Shown here one piece after another: positions 21,242 through 31,499 of a DNA stretch of 64,000 nt. The stretch's first letter is position 1. The number at the start of each line of letters is the position of its first letter. The DNA is taken from positions 26,841 through 90,840 of the forward strand of contig JBIKUD010000008.1 in NCBI GenBank assembly GCA_044347745.1, given 5' to 3'. Source of the DNA: Bdellovibrionota bacterium. GTDB taxonomy: Bacteria; Bdellovibrionota_C; UBA2361; JAFLCA01. The notes beneath the pieces are model-generated. The model searched no databases and was not told where the DNA came from. It was given only the letters and a program-made list of their open reading frames with translations. A program made the position numbers and the translations under genes.

Positions 21242-22099
21242 ATGTGCAAGTTCACATTTTTTGAAATAGCTCAGGGCATGTTGCATATTAATCGATGCTT
21301 TTTCCTTTTCATGCTGATGTTGTTTTTTGCCGACCGGGCCCAGGCTGAAGTTCGCTTCGGTCCTTTTAGCTGGGCGCCAGATGAAAAATCATTAGTTGTT
21401 GTTTCTCCTGCGCCAGAGCGTGCCGGCGTGTTTATCGGTTACGATGCACAAAGTGAGAACGCCCAACAACTTAGTTTATCGCGATTTTTTAAGGGGCTAG
21501 GGTTAAGCCTCTTTCTGGCATTCGACACCAAGCGTCATCAATTTACTGAGATTATATTTGGAAATGGCAAAAGATACCCCATCATGGGCGGAGTGACATT
21601 GCGAATTGGTTCTTTGCGAGTCGGAATTAATGCAGTTACTGGTCACACCCAAGAAGCGTATTGGTCAATCTCAGTCGAGTCGAAGGAAAAGCCTCGGATT
21701 GCAGGCTACTCAGGTTTGAGAGATCTTTTTTCGTATAGTGGGGCAACTGCGCTTTCCTATTTGGAAGCAAATCAGATTTTGAGCAAAGAATGGTCCAGCT
21801 CTGTGCATGAATATGTGGTTAAAGACAAACACGAATTGTTTGTGGGCGGGCAGCCATTTAAGGGCGATGTGCTTGGAGTTACCTTGCCAATTTCAAACCC
21901 ATGCTTAGACAGTGAAGTTCAGCTACAGACCACTGGGCCGGATGCTTCGATTGGCTCAATCGCCGATTTTCTAGTGATTAGTTTAAGCGAATCAGTTTTA
22001 CAGGTGTTTAGGCCTGCCGACGGAATGTTCGGTGTTATTCGAGCAAGTGGAGAGAAAGGCAAAGAAACGTGCACCTTTGTTCAAGTGCCAAATTCATAA
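21242..22099 (+). CDS. Hypothetical secreted protein
   Basis: N-terminal hydrophobic signal-like segment (FFLFMLMLFFADRAQA). I found no recognisable motifs. Confidence 0.35.
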   Translation: MCKFTFFEIAQGMLHINRCFFLFMLMLFFADRAQAEVRFGPFSWAPDEKSLVVVSPAPERAGVFIGYDAQSENAQQLSLSRFFKGLGLSLFLAFDTKRHQFTEIIFGNGKRYPIMGGVTLRIGSLRVGINAVTGHTQEAYWSISVESKEKPRIAGYSGLRDLFSYSGATALSYLEANQILSKEWSSSVHEYVVKDKHELFVGGQPFKGDVLGVTLPISNPCLDSEVQLQTTGPDASIGSIADFLVISLSESVLQVFRPADGMFGVIRASGEKGKETCTFVQVPNS

Positions 22100-25000
22100 A
22101 TTCGCACACCTCCACTTTGCATGCGTAATTTGAAGAGTCCGGGGTTCTCCGTAAATTTTCGTAAACCGACAGAGTTATAGGTTCCATTCGCGTAGAGCTT
22201 TTGTTCCTCCGTTCCAATAATAATATAGCGAACGGCAAGAAGTTTTAGATATGTATGTGCAATCTCAAGATTGTCGCTTGAGTAAATGGCATTAATTGCC
22301 TGTATTCGCTCGTGTACAGCTTGCCGCGAAGTCCCGCGTTGCTGCACATGATACTCCCAGCCAAGAACTGTAGGCAGGCCAGTGTGCATCGAAAAGCGAG
22401 TGAAGTTTTGATAGCTCTGACCATAGGCTTCCAGAATAACGGGTGTTCCCTGCACATTACGTCGCAGCCACTGGATGGCTTGGTATTCATGAAATGCATT
22501 TTCCTTTAGGTAGGCAGTGCCATTCAGAGTTGGACGTGGTCCATTAATTCGACGAAAAGAAGTCATGATATAGGCGTTATAAATTGAGCCCGCCATCACC
22601 ACTAGAAAACAAATTCCGCTTGCAAAGACCACGAAGCAGCTAAAATATCGGCCGAGCAGCTTGTACCTTGCGCCTCGATTCTGAAGGAGTCTTGAAAAGA
22701 GAGTTGCATTTGCGATTCCTAATAATAGCCAGATTGCATTGTAAAATTTAAAGACTGTATTCATGTGATCCATCAGAAAGCAGAGCTCGGCGAACGCCAT
22801 GATGCACCCAGCGAGCCAAAGAGATAGAGCGCCGAAACGCTGACCGCGGCTACTTTTGCTGTTAAGAGCCAGCGCAGCCCCGAGAGCACAGAGGAAACAT
22901 GAAACAGCAATAACGTCCCATGAAAGTGTTTGTGGTTGATGTGGCGAGCCAGCAGATAAGAGAAGTGGCGGGCTCATTAATATCAGTACGTAAAGAAAAT
23001 TGCGAAGGCGCTTCCATCGGGAAACGTCTGAACGAGAACTCAAAAGAAGCTGCAAGAAAACACCACAAGGAATAACCAGCCAATGTCCGAGATGACGCAA
23101 AATCTGATTAAGATTATTAAGTTCGAATGGGTGGTTGTATCCAAAGTGAGGCGTAAGGTCGTTTGCAGAATTTAATTTAAATATAACCAGAAATGGCAGC
23201 GCACCAATGGCGAGTAATGAGCCGTCACGTAAAAGATCTGCGAAAGCGGAGGTAATGCGAGCTATCGCGCGCTTCGGATATCTACCGCGTGCGTGCATAC
23301 AGGACGTATAGACCAGAATTATGCCAGTAAGTAGGCCATAGGAGATCGCATCCCAGGTGTTGGTAATAAAGATGAGGCCCAAAAGTATTCCGCAGAGAAT
23401 TCGGTGTAAAATGAGCGTAGGACTGAGGTCAGCGGGTTCTGCTCGGAAAAAGCGTGCCAGAAATAATAAACTGGTCAGAATGACCGGTACAACGATTACA
23501 TGCGCATGCAGGTCTGCAAATAAAAACGCCCAGAATGGATATTCAGTAATGCTCGGTTCGGTAAAGAGGCGAGAGCTTGCCCAGAATAAATCAAAGCTTT
23601 TTTTCTCGGCCTGCAAGGCAAGCAGTAAAACTTCAATGTTACTGCCCACCAACACAAGAATTGTAAAACTAAGCGCTATAAGCGGTTTTTTGGTTAGGTA
23701 GGCAAGCAAGGAATACAGCGCCGAAATGCTTAACGCCGCAATGGTTGCCATACTCAAATTGTAGCCAATGGCACTGTCGACTCCACTCATTTTATGAAGG
23801 AGTGCCATCATGTATGAGCCAAAGTAATAATAGCGCATCGAGGAGCCCGCGGCCCACGGATCTTGAGGAGGCAGAGTTTCAAGGCGGATAAAGTAATTTA
23901 GAAACCCAAAGTCCATGGGTTTTTCGCCCCAGAAAATTTCAGGCTGGAATGATCTTAGAAAAATAAAACCTGCAAATGAGAGCCAGAATAGGATGTCGAG
24001 CCTTAAGTACGACTTCAGCTTGGGAACAGTGATGAAATGAGACTTTCTATGTGCGAAATAACCGAGGGTTAAGCCAAGCAAAGTTAATAAAGTAAATAAC
24101 AGCCAGGCATTTGCTCCTGTTGAGCGCCAGAGATTGAAGCTGGTTCCAATCCATACAGTTCCAGATAACAATGCGAGGCCCAGCACTTTGTCGCATCCCG
24201 TGTCGGAATCTTGTTTCTGGGTAAATAAAATCCGAGTGAAGGTATTACCGAGAATCCCCAACGCGACAAGGACCAGCACCCACAATGATATGGCAAGCGG
24301 TGTCGACTGACGTGACTGTGCCGTATGGGCATGAGCTGGGCCGTCACGTTTAAGCATATCGCTTCGGGTGGGAAGTGGAGCAAATGCGTACGGCTCAGAA
24401 AGACGTCGGGAAATTTGCTCTGTTCCGAGTCTTTCCGAATTTTTAAACACCAGCACTTTGGGATGGTCGTATACAGTGAGACTTTCGTCTGCCTTATCGT
24501 TATTCCATACGTAGCCAGCAAATGTAGGCCTTGTTTTTTGGCTATACACTAGTTCGTAGCCAAGAGCGCCACGAAAGAGCAATTGGAACATCTGTGTGCT
24601 GAGGGGGTATTCTTCAGGAATGCGAGGGATAGCTCCATATGACCGGGCAGTAGGCAAGATAAGGTAGTCGGAACTGGCTAACTTTGTGGCGTACTGAGTT
24701 ACTTTATCGGAATTATCGGGATGATATAACTGAAGCTCATGGTCTGCGCCTTCAAAAAGGTATTGGCGAGCATCGAGTCCTGGAAGGCTCAGTGGGAGCC
24801 TGTCATCCCAGTCAACTCCCAGTAGTTTTGAACCGGGGGCAATGTTTTGATAAATCCAACGACTCGCGGTTTCATAGGCATGTGGCTCACTGTAAATTTG
24901 ATAAAATCCGAACCACCGTACAAGTGAAATCGATACGACAAAACAGGGCACCAGTTTACCAATATTTTGGGTGATGCTGTTCTTTAGAAATCCCGTGGTG

Positions 25001-26082
25001 AATATCGCTGCCCAGATTGCAAACATGGGGTACAGAGGCAAAAGATATCGTGGAAACTTAACGGGAAATCCTCCATAGATATAAAAAGTTACTAAAGACC
25101 AAGCGCTTACAATCAGCATTGAGGCAGAAAAATGAGACCTGAGCGAGTAAAGGAGACCGATTCCACTTGCGAGTGCTATAAATGGGCCTAGAGTATAAAA
25201 ATATATCTGGTGCAAAGGATACAACCAGGGTGTCGTGTGCGCGTATTGAATGATGTACGGAGGTCGCCAGTCACCACGCACCATAGAAATTTGCTCCATG
25301 GTGTGTTTGATAAAGAGATCTTTATCAATAAGTGCAAAGGGCTCAGAGAGGAGAAATGAGCACAATCCTACAAGTGGAATGCTGCTGGCATATATCCACC
25401 AGTGTGCGCTTTTAAGCATTCGTAGCTGGCAGCCAAAAATAAGAATGGCTAAACCCAAAGGTAAAGCAAGATTAAGTGCGCTCACTTTAGTTGCAAGTGC
25501 CAAGCCCCAAAGCCAGCCACTGAGGACAAATGCCCATAATTTTCCGGAGCGAATCTGAAGGATGGCCCAAAGGGTCCAGAGGCTTGCTGTGGTAAGAAAA
25601 ATATCCACCGCAAAAAAACGAGAAAGCTGAAAATAGAAAGTATTTGTTGCTAGTAATGCGGTGGCTATGACTGCAACCGAGCGAGAGTTGCAAATGCTCC
25701 ATGCAAGTTTCCAAGTTGCAATAAGGCCCAGCATGCCAACAAAAGCTGAAAGTCCACGACCTATTAAAAAAAGGTTGTCGTAGCTAAAGGCCGCGGGCCA
25801 AAGCAGTGCGAGCAATTTCGCCAGGCCCCAGGTTAGGTAAAATGGCAAGCTGCCATACGCAAAAGACAACGGGTTCATTCCGTTTTTTTCGAGGTCTAAG
25901 GTAACCATGACCATGTGGCGTTCGTCAGGATGGAAGCTTACCCCGTGATTGATGGTCGTCAGTGCGGCAAAGAAAAAAGCGAAGCAGAGCGCGGTGAGGG
26001 GCCAGGCGTCTTTCAGTGTCTGAATCTGCCCTTTCAAAGTCAGTTTTGAGTCTCCAGCTAAATCAGATTGAGGTGTATGCAT
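22081..26082 (-). CDS. Giant (1333 aa) polytopic membrane protein: an N-terminal PMT/ArnT-like GT-C domain fused to a DUF2298/YYY-type domain
   Basis: The N-terminal loop motif FHPDERH is of the DE-motif type. There are more than 20 hydrophobic segments and an MRYYYFGSY motif in the C-terminal half. It is a single uninterrupted ORF. Confidence 0.55.
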   Translation of the reverse strand: MHTPQSDLAGDSKLTLKGQIQTLKDAWPLTALCFAFFFAALTTINHGVSFHPDERHMVMVTLDLEKNGMNPLSFAYGSLPFYLTWGLAKLLALLWPAAFSYDNLFLIGRGLSAFVGMLGLIATWKLAWSICNSRSVAVIATALLATNTFYFQLSRFFAVDIFLTTASLWTLWAILQIRSGKLWAFVLSGWLWGLALATKVSALNLALPLGLAILIFGCQLRMLKSAHWWIYASSIPLVGLCSFLLSEPFALIDKDLFIKHTMEQISMVRGDWRPPYIIQYAHTTPWLYPLHQIYFYTLGPFIALASGIGLLYSLRSHFSASMLIVSAWSLVTFYIYGGFPVKFPRYLLPLYPMFAIWAAIFTTGFLKNSITQNIGKLVPCFVVSISLVRWFGFYQIYSEPHAYETASRWIYQNIAPGSKLLGVDWDDRLPLSLPGLDARQYLFEGADHELQLYHPDNSDKVTQYATKLASSDYLILPTARSYGAIPRIPEEYPLSTQMFQLLFRGALGYELVYSQKTRPTFAGYVWNNDKADESLTVYDHPKVLVFKNSERLGTEQISRRLSEPYAFAPLPTRSDMLKRDGPAHAHTAQSRQSTPLAISLWVLVLVALGILGNTFTRILFTQKQDSDTGCDKVLGLALLSGTVWIGTSFNLWRSTGANAWLLFTLLTLLGLTLGYFAHRKSHFITVPKLKSYLRLDILFWLSFAGFIFLRSFQPEIFWGEKPMDFGFLNYFIRLETLPPQDPWAAGSSMRYYYFGSYMMALLHKMSGVDSAIGYNLSMATIAALSISALYSLLAYLTKKPLIALSFTILVLVGSNIEVLLLALQAEKKSFDLFWASSRLFTEPSITEYPFWAFLFADLHAHVIVVPVILTSLLFLARFFRAEPADLSPTLILHRILCGILLGLIFITNTWDAISYGLLTGIILVYTSCMHARGRYPKRAIARITSAFADLLRDGSLLAIGALPFLVIFKLNSANDLTPHFGYNHPFELNNLNQILRHLGHWLVIPCGVFLQLLLSSRSDVSRWKRLRNFLYVLILMSPPLLLSAGSPHQPQTLSWDVIAVSCFLCALGAALALNSKSSRGQRFGALSLWLAGCIMAFAELCFLMDHMNTVFKFYNAIWLLLGIANATLFSRLLQNRGARYKLLGRYFSCFVVFASGICFLVVMAGSIYNAYIMTSFRRINGPRPTLNGTAYLKENAFHEYQAIQWLRRNVQGTPVILEAYGQSYQNFTRFSMHTGLPTVLGWEYHVQQRGTSRQAVHERIQAINAIYSSDNLEIAHTYLKLLAVRYIIIGTEEQKLYANGTYNSVGLRKFTENPGLFKLRMQSGGVRIYEFGT

Positions 26083-26421
26083 GTGGTCGTAATCCTAGGC
26101 CAAGGCGCTTTAAGTATTCGATGCAATTTAACCTTAAATGCCTCTTTTTGAGCAGGTGTAATATAATAAGCGCGCTTGAATATGCCCATTTTTGAGGGGG
26201 TTCACATTTCATTCGGTGCGCAAGATAACTCAGAAGCTGGTACCGCACCCGGCCCAGTCACCCGATTTTCCAGCCCCCCGATCCTGCCCGGACCTCCCTT
26301 ACTACTATTGTGTGGACTATCAGTAGGACTTGTCAGCCTGGGCAATGTAAATAACCGGGAGAAAGCTGCCAATTATGTACAAGGCGTTTCAGCTTGGGTC
26401 AAAAATTGCTATCAATAAGCA

Positions 26422-28050
26422 ATGACAAAACCCGCAGATTCACTTGGGTCTCGAATTGGTGCTTTTATTGGCGCTCACGATATTTTGGTTTTGGTAGCAT
26501 TTTATAGCATGCTGCTCGTTCAGGCCCCATTATTTGCGAGCGATGCGGGTGTTGGGTGGCACCTTAAGACCGGTGAATGGATTGCCAAGCACTTTTCGGT
26601 TCCGTATACAGATCCATTCCTATTTTCCTCGCAGCCTCGTGCTTGGATTTGTGATCAGTGGCTTTCAGATCTAATTCTTTGGGTTCTTTACCAAGCGGGG
26701 AATTGGCCGCTGCTGTATGCTTTTTTGGCCGTCATTTTTGGCGCGGTGTTTTTTGTATTGCTGTATAGAACACTGAGAGATTTTTCGGGATTCGCATTAC
26801 CTGTAAGTCTTGCCCTGATTTTAGCTTTTAAGCTCGCACAGATCCATTTTGTCTTGAGGCCAGTCATTTTTGGAATAGCCCTTTTTGCACTTCTGTACTG
26901 CCTAACCCTCAACATACTGAAGTATTTTTCCGTAGCAACCACTCAGCACATAATGCGTGAGTTCCACTTCATTGCCCTAGGGGCGGTTTTATTTGCTTTG
27001 TGGGCAAACATCCATCCAACTTTTGTATTGGGCTGGATATTTCTCGTGAGCGTCTTTTTGGGGTTAGCGCTCGATCGGTATCTATTAGAGCAGCATGAAG
27101 TTGCCTGGGTATCTCCAAAATTTTGGGCTTTTGCCGCTCTATTGCTGTTTGTTGCAGTAGCTGCCACTTTGCTTAATCCAAATTTTTTGGCGCTTCATCA
27201 GAGCATTTATGCCCTCGGCACCAGCGCATATTTTATGCGTTATCATCAAGAATGGTTGGGGGTCGATTTTATATCATTTGAAGGCAAGTTGGTTTTTTTT
27301 GTTTCTGCTGCTCTTTGGGTGGCCTTGGTTATTTCGCCCACCTTACGTCGGCACCTTGGATTCCGGTTTCTTGTGCCTTTTTTAGTTTTTTTGTGGTTTG
27401 GAATCACTGCGCAACGTGGGCTTCCCTTTTTTGGGATAGTGGCTTCGCTACCTTTTGCACTCGCGCTGGCACACCTGGGAAAAGCCGAGGCATTGCAGGG
27501 CAGGAGTTTGAAATCTCGATTGGTTCGGCATTTTGCTGTTATTGAGAGCTTTGAAAGGCGAGCGCCAAGGGGCGCCGCGATATTTTTTGCGCTTTCCTGT
27601 TTAGTTTTTGGGGATGTCTTCTTAAATGGGCAGACACTTTTCTACCGTGGCCCCTATGGACCTGCCCAAGAACGTTATCCCTATATTAGCCTCGGAGTGC
27701 TTAAAGACCTGGCGACTCCTGAAAATAAGCTTGCTGTGCTGGCTCCCGCCGACTGGGGCGGCTTTATGACCCTCGAAGGGGAGGGCAGTCTTGAGCCTAT
27801 TATTGATGACCGTAATGTGCTTCTTGGCGAGCAGTTTTATAAAGATTTCCATTTTTTTATGAACCCTACCCGTGATTGGCTTAATTATGCAGTCTCGTTA
27901 GGCAGTACCCACCTGCTTTGGCCAGCACAATCAGATCTGGCGCGAAAGATTAAGCAAAATGGAGATGCCTATCTTGTGCATGAGGATGAAATTGCTATTG
28001 TTTTTGAACTTCGGTCTACTCTTTCATTAAATGGCGAGGATGGAGACTAA
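26422..28050 (+). CDS. Polytopic membrane protein, possibly GT-C-like. It is translationally coupled to the VKOR-DsbA gene.
   Basis: 542 aa with many TM segments. It overlaps the downstream gene by 20 nt. Confidence 0.4.
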   Translation: MTKPADSLGSRIGAFIGAHDILVLVAFYSMLLVQAPLFASDAGVGWHLKTGEWIAKHFSVPYTDPFLFSSQPRAWICDQWLSDLILWVLYQAGNWPLLYAFLAVIFGAVFFVLLYRTLRDFSGFALPVSLALILAFKLAQIHFVLRPVIFGIALFALLYCLTLNILKYFSVATTQHIMREFHFIALGAVLFALWANIHPTFVLGWIFLVSVFLGLALDRYLLEQHEVAWVSPKFWAFAALLLFVAVAATLLNPNFLALHQSIYALGTSAYFMRYHQEWLGVDFISFEGKLVFFVSAALWVALVISPTLRRHLGFRFLVPFLVFLWFGITAQRGLPFFGIVASLPFALALAHLGKAEALQGRSLKSRLVRHFAVIESFERRAPRGAAIFFALSCLVFGDVFLNGQTLFYRGPYGPAQERYPYISLGVLKDLATPENKLAVLAPADWGGFMTLEGEGSLEPIIDDRNVLLGEQFYKDFHFFMNPTRDWLNYAVSLGSTHLLWPAQSDLARKIKQNGDAYLVHEDEIAIVFELRSTLSLNGEDGD

Positions 28051-29401
28051 TATAAAACATAAAGCTGTAGCGCTTGTCCCAGTACTCAGTGTTATTGGGG
28101 CGGTGCTTAGTCTCATTTCTCTGTATCAACATACCGCACTTGTTCATGGTGTGGCGACAGGGCCTTCATTCTGCAATTTAAGCGCTGAGGTGAATTGCGA
28201 TGCCGTGAATGCGAGTGCCTGGTCAACCGTATTGGGTCAGCCGCTTGCAGCCTATGGCGTTGCCTTTTATTTCTTAATCTTTTTTGGTTGGGTAGCGACC
28301 TTGCGAAAGCCAGCACTTTCGCAGACTCATTTTGTTGCTTTACTCAGTTTTTTTAGTGGTATTGCCTTTTTAGCCTCGATAGCGCTTTTCGCAATTTCCA
28401 AATTTGTGATCGGAACCCTGTGTCTACTCTGCATGGGGATGTATGCGGTCAATGCCGCTTTGTTTATGCTTGCGCTCCTTATTCCAGCCCAGGGTTCTGG
28501 GCTTGTGCATAAATTTTTGCTTGGAATTAAACTTTGCATTCAGTTTCCAAAGTTTTTGCTAAGCTCTAGCGCTCAGCAGTTAAGTGATGGTGATAAAAAC
28601 AGTGCAGATAAAAACTCCGGCGATAAAAATACCAGCGATAAAAATACCGTGCGATTGCAGGTGTTTGGCATTGCATCAATACTCTGCGCTGTTTTTTTCT
28701 TACCGAACTTCATGTACGCCGTCTTCATGCGCGACAAGCAGGTCGAGCGCAGTTTATCGCAGGTAAGTGAGCAAGTGTGGCAGAGTTGGCAAAATGCCCC
28801 TGTCAGTAATTTGGGGTTAGATTTTGACTCTGCCATCTCTCGCGATTATGCCTATGGGGCAGACGGGGCAGACGGGGCAGACGGGGCAGCATTTCAGTTA
28901 GTTGAGTTTGTTGATTTTGAATGCCCAGCTTGTCGCATGGCGTATCGGGAATTTAAAAAGTTAGCCCAGAAATTTGATGGCCAATTACAAATTGTGCTCA
29001 AGAATTATCCGCTTGATAATTCATGTAATCCAAGTATGCCAAGGCCGCTACATGCTTCAGCTTGCTTTCTTGCAAGTGTATCCCGCTGTGCTGGAGAGCA
29101 GGGGAAATTTTGGGAAGTTACAGATTATTTGTTCGAGCTGCCAATTGTTGAAGCTGAAGCTTCATTTGAGGAGGTCCGATCCGAGGCGTTTAAGGCTGTA
29201 GAGCTTTTCGAATTGGATGAGCAGGCGCTGCGAGAGTGTTTGGGCTCACCGCGAGTACTTGCAAAGCTTCATTCTGATATTGAGCTTGGTAATCAGCTTG
29301 GCTTACGGGGTACACCTTCCTTATGGTTAAACGGGAAAAAGCTTGAGGTTTCTCACCCTGAGGTAGTCGAGTCGCTGATAAAGAGAGCGATGCGCCAATG
29401 A
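28031..29401 (+). CDS. VKOR-like membrane domain fused to a periplasmic DsbA/thioredoxin-like domain (a disulfide-bond formation module)
   Basis: Membrane CxxC in LCLLCMGMYAVN plus loop cysteines (CNLSAEVNCDA), as in VKOR. The C-terminal FECPACRMAY is a thioredoxin CxxC. The linker contains DKNS and GADGADGAD repeats. Confidence 0.65.
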   Translation: MARMETNIKHKAVALVPVLSVIGAVLSLISLYQHTALVHGVATGPSFCNLSAEVNCDAVNASAWSTVLGQPLAAYGVAFYFLIFFGWVATLRKPALSQTHFVALLSFFSGIAFLASIALFAISKFVIGTLCLLCMGMYAVNAALFMLALLIPAQGSGLVHKFLLGIKLCIQFPKFLLSSSAQQLSDGDKNSADKNSGDKNTSDKNTVRLQVFGIASILCAVFFLPNFMYAVFMRDKQVERSLSQVSEQVWQSWQNAPVSNLGLDFDSAISRDYAYGADGADGADGAAFQLVEFVDFECPACRMAYREFKKLAQKFDGQLQIVLKNYPLDNSCNPSMPRPLHASACFLASVSRCAGEQGKFWEVTDYLFELPIVEAEASFEEVRSEAFKAVELFELDEQALRECLGSPRVLAKLHSDIELGNQLGLRGTPSLWLNGKKLEVSHPEVVESLIKRAMRQ

Positions 29402-29630
29402 GCTATGCCGGACAGCTCATCCAAGGGATTTCTCGACACATTTTTACCTATGAGTCGGATCCGAAGATTGCATTCCGATTCTGTGCGGGACTATAGTGCT
29501 TTGCCAGGACCCTTGTCTTATCACCGCCCATTGAACTTTGCAGCATTACAGCTACTTTGAGATCGGTTGTTTGTTGTTTTTGCGAGCAAAATCAATGGGT
29601 TGAGTACTTAGGCACAAACTCTATTTAGCT

Positions 29631-31466
29631 ATGTGCCTGCTCGCTTCGTATCTGGCGGGGTCCACTACATTTGCATTCGTAAGAGGCCATATGAGCTTAA
29701 CCACCAATCCGCATGTACACCGTTTTGTTGATGAGACAGCTGCCCGTTTGCAGCCCGATAAAATTGTTTGGATTGATGGTTCAGACGAAGAGTATGCCCG
29801 AATCTGTGATCAACTGGTTTCAGAGGGGACCTTTACTCCGCTGAATAAGGAAAAATATCCCAATTGTTTTTGGGCACTTTCTGACCCCAATGATGTTGCT
29901 CGCGTTGAAGATAGGACCTTTATTTGCACTCGCTCACAAGAAGACGCCGGCCCAACCAATAACTGGTGTGAGCCTCGAGAAATGTTTAAGCGTCTGAATG
30001 GTATCATGGAGTCAGCAATGAAGGGCCGTACTATGTACGTCGTGCCCTATTTGATGGGTCCAGATGGTTCTAAATACGCTCGCGTAGGATTTGAACTTAC
30101 CGATTCCCTTTATGTGGTAGCCAATATGCGCATCATGGCTCGCATAGGCAAGGTTGCATTGAAAAATCTTGGGGAATCGAGCAACGCTTTTGTTCGAGGA
30201 ATTCACTCAATTGGAGAGTTGGACCCCGAGCATCGGTATATTTGCCATTTCCCCGAATACAACACGATTGTCAGCTTTAATTCAAATTATGGTGGCAATG
30301 CATTACAAGGCAAGAAATGTTTTGCCTTGCGTATCGCCTCAGCGCTTGGACGGCGTGAGGGTTGGATGGCGGAGCATATGCTGATTGTGGGAATAACTAA
30401 CCCCAAAGGTGTGAAGCACTATGTTTGCGCCGCATTTCCATCAGCTTGTGGGAAGACAAATTTGGCTATGTTGGTTCCTCCCAAACCCTACCTTGACGCT
30501 GGTTGGAAAGTGGAGACCGTGGGCGATGACATTGCATGGCTTAATTTTGGCTCCGATGGGCGCCTCTGGGCTATAAATCCTGAAGCTGGCTTTTTCGGAG
30601 TGGCTCCGGGGACTTCGTACAAGACAAATCCGAACGCCATGAATTCGATTCAGCAGAATACCATTTTTACCAACACAGCCCTTGATCTCGATACCATGTG
30701 CCCATGGTGGGAAGGTATGGGCGAGCCTCCGGCTCGTGCGAAAGATTGGATGAATCGAGACTGGAATTCATCAATCAAAACAAAAGCGGCTCACCCGAAT
30801 GCGCGATTTACAGCACCAGCTCGCCAGTGTCCCTCCATTGATCCCCAATGGGAAAGTCCGGAAGGTGTTCCCATCTCGGCTATTGTTTTTGGCGGACGGC
30901 GCGCGCGCACGGTGCCGCTCGTGTATGAAGCACGAGATTGGCAGCACGGAACGTTCTTGGGAGTCACGATGGCTTCAGAAACCACCGCCGCTGCAACTGG
31001 AAAAGTTGGCGAACTTCGTCGCGACCCGATGGCAATGTTGCCCTTTATCGGCTATCACGCTGGCGAATATTTTCAGCATTGGCTCTCGCTTGGAAAGCGG
31101 CCTGGCGTGAAAATGCCAAAAGTATTCCACGTAAATTGGTTTGGCCAGGATGAGAGTGGTAAATATCTTTGGCCTGGCTTTGGCGATAATATCCGCGTGC
31201 TTGAGTGGATATTAAAACGGGTAGACGGAGCCTGCGGAGCAAAGGAGAGTCCACTTGGCGGCATACCTCAAAATGCAGATTTAAATCTTGAGGGCCTTGG
31301 GTTGACCGAGGCTGACGTTCAAAAGTTGTTTGAACTCAGAATCTCCGATTGGACAGAAGAGCTTGAGTCTCAAGAGAAGTTTTTCACCAAAATGGGAATG
31401 CGAATGCCCGTTGAGATGTGGGATGAGCACCGCGCATTGAGGAGACGTTTGAATGTTAGTAAGTAG
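29631..31466 (+). CDS. pckG: Phosphoenolpyruvate carboxykinase (GTP). The start is likely at 29691 (MSLTTNPH).
   Basis: About 600 aa. The kinase-1a P-loop CAAFPSACGKTNLAML is characteristic of GTP-PEPCK. Confidence 0.9.
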   Translation: MCLLASYLAGSTTFAFVRGHMSLTTNPHVHRFVDETAARLQPDKIVWIDGSDEEYARICDQLVSEGTFTPLNKEKYPNCFWALSDPNDVARVEDRTFICTRSQEDAGPTNNWCEPREMFKRLNGIMESAMKGRTMYVVPYLMGPDGSKYARVGFELTDSLYVVANMRIMARIGKVALKNLGESSNAFVRGIHSIGELDPEHRYICHFPEYNTIVSFNSNYGGNALQGKKCFALRIASALGRREGWMAEHMLIVGITNPKGVKHYVCAAFPSACGKTNLAMLVPPKPYLDAGWKVETVGDDIAWLNFGSDGRLWAINPEAGFFGVAPGTSYKTNPNAMNSIQQNTIFTNTALDLDTMCPWWEGMGEPPARAKDWMNRDWNSSIKTKAAHPNARFTAPARQCPSIDPQWESPEGVPISAIVFGGRRARTVPLVYEARDWQHGTFLGVTMASETTAAATGKVGELRRDPMAMLPFIGYHAGEYFQHWLSLGKRPGVKMPKVFHVNWFGQDESGKYLWPGFGDNIRVLEWILKRVDGACGAKESPLGGIPQNADLNLEGLGLTEADVQKLFELRISDWTEELESQEKFFTKMGMRMPVEMWDEHRALRRRLNVSK

Positions 31467-31499
31467 CAGTAGCTGTGCTTTTATACGGTAGGGAGAAGT

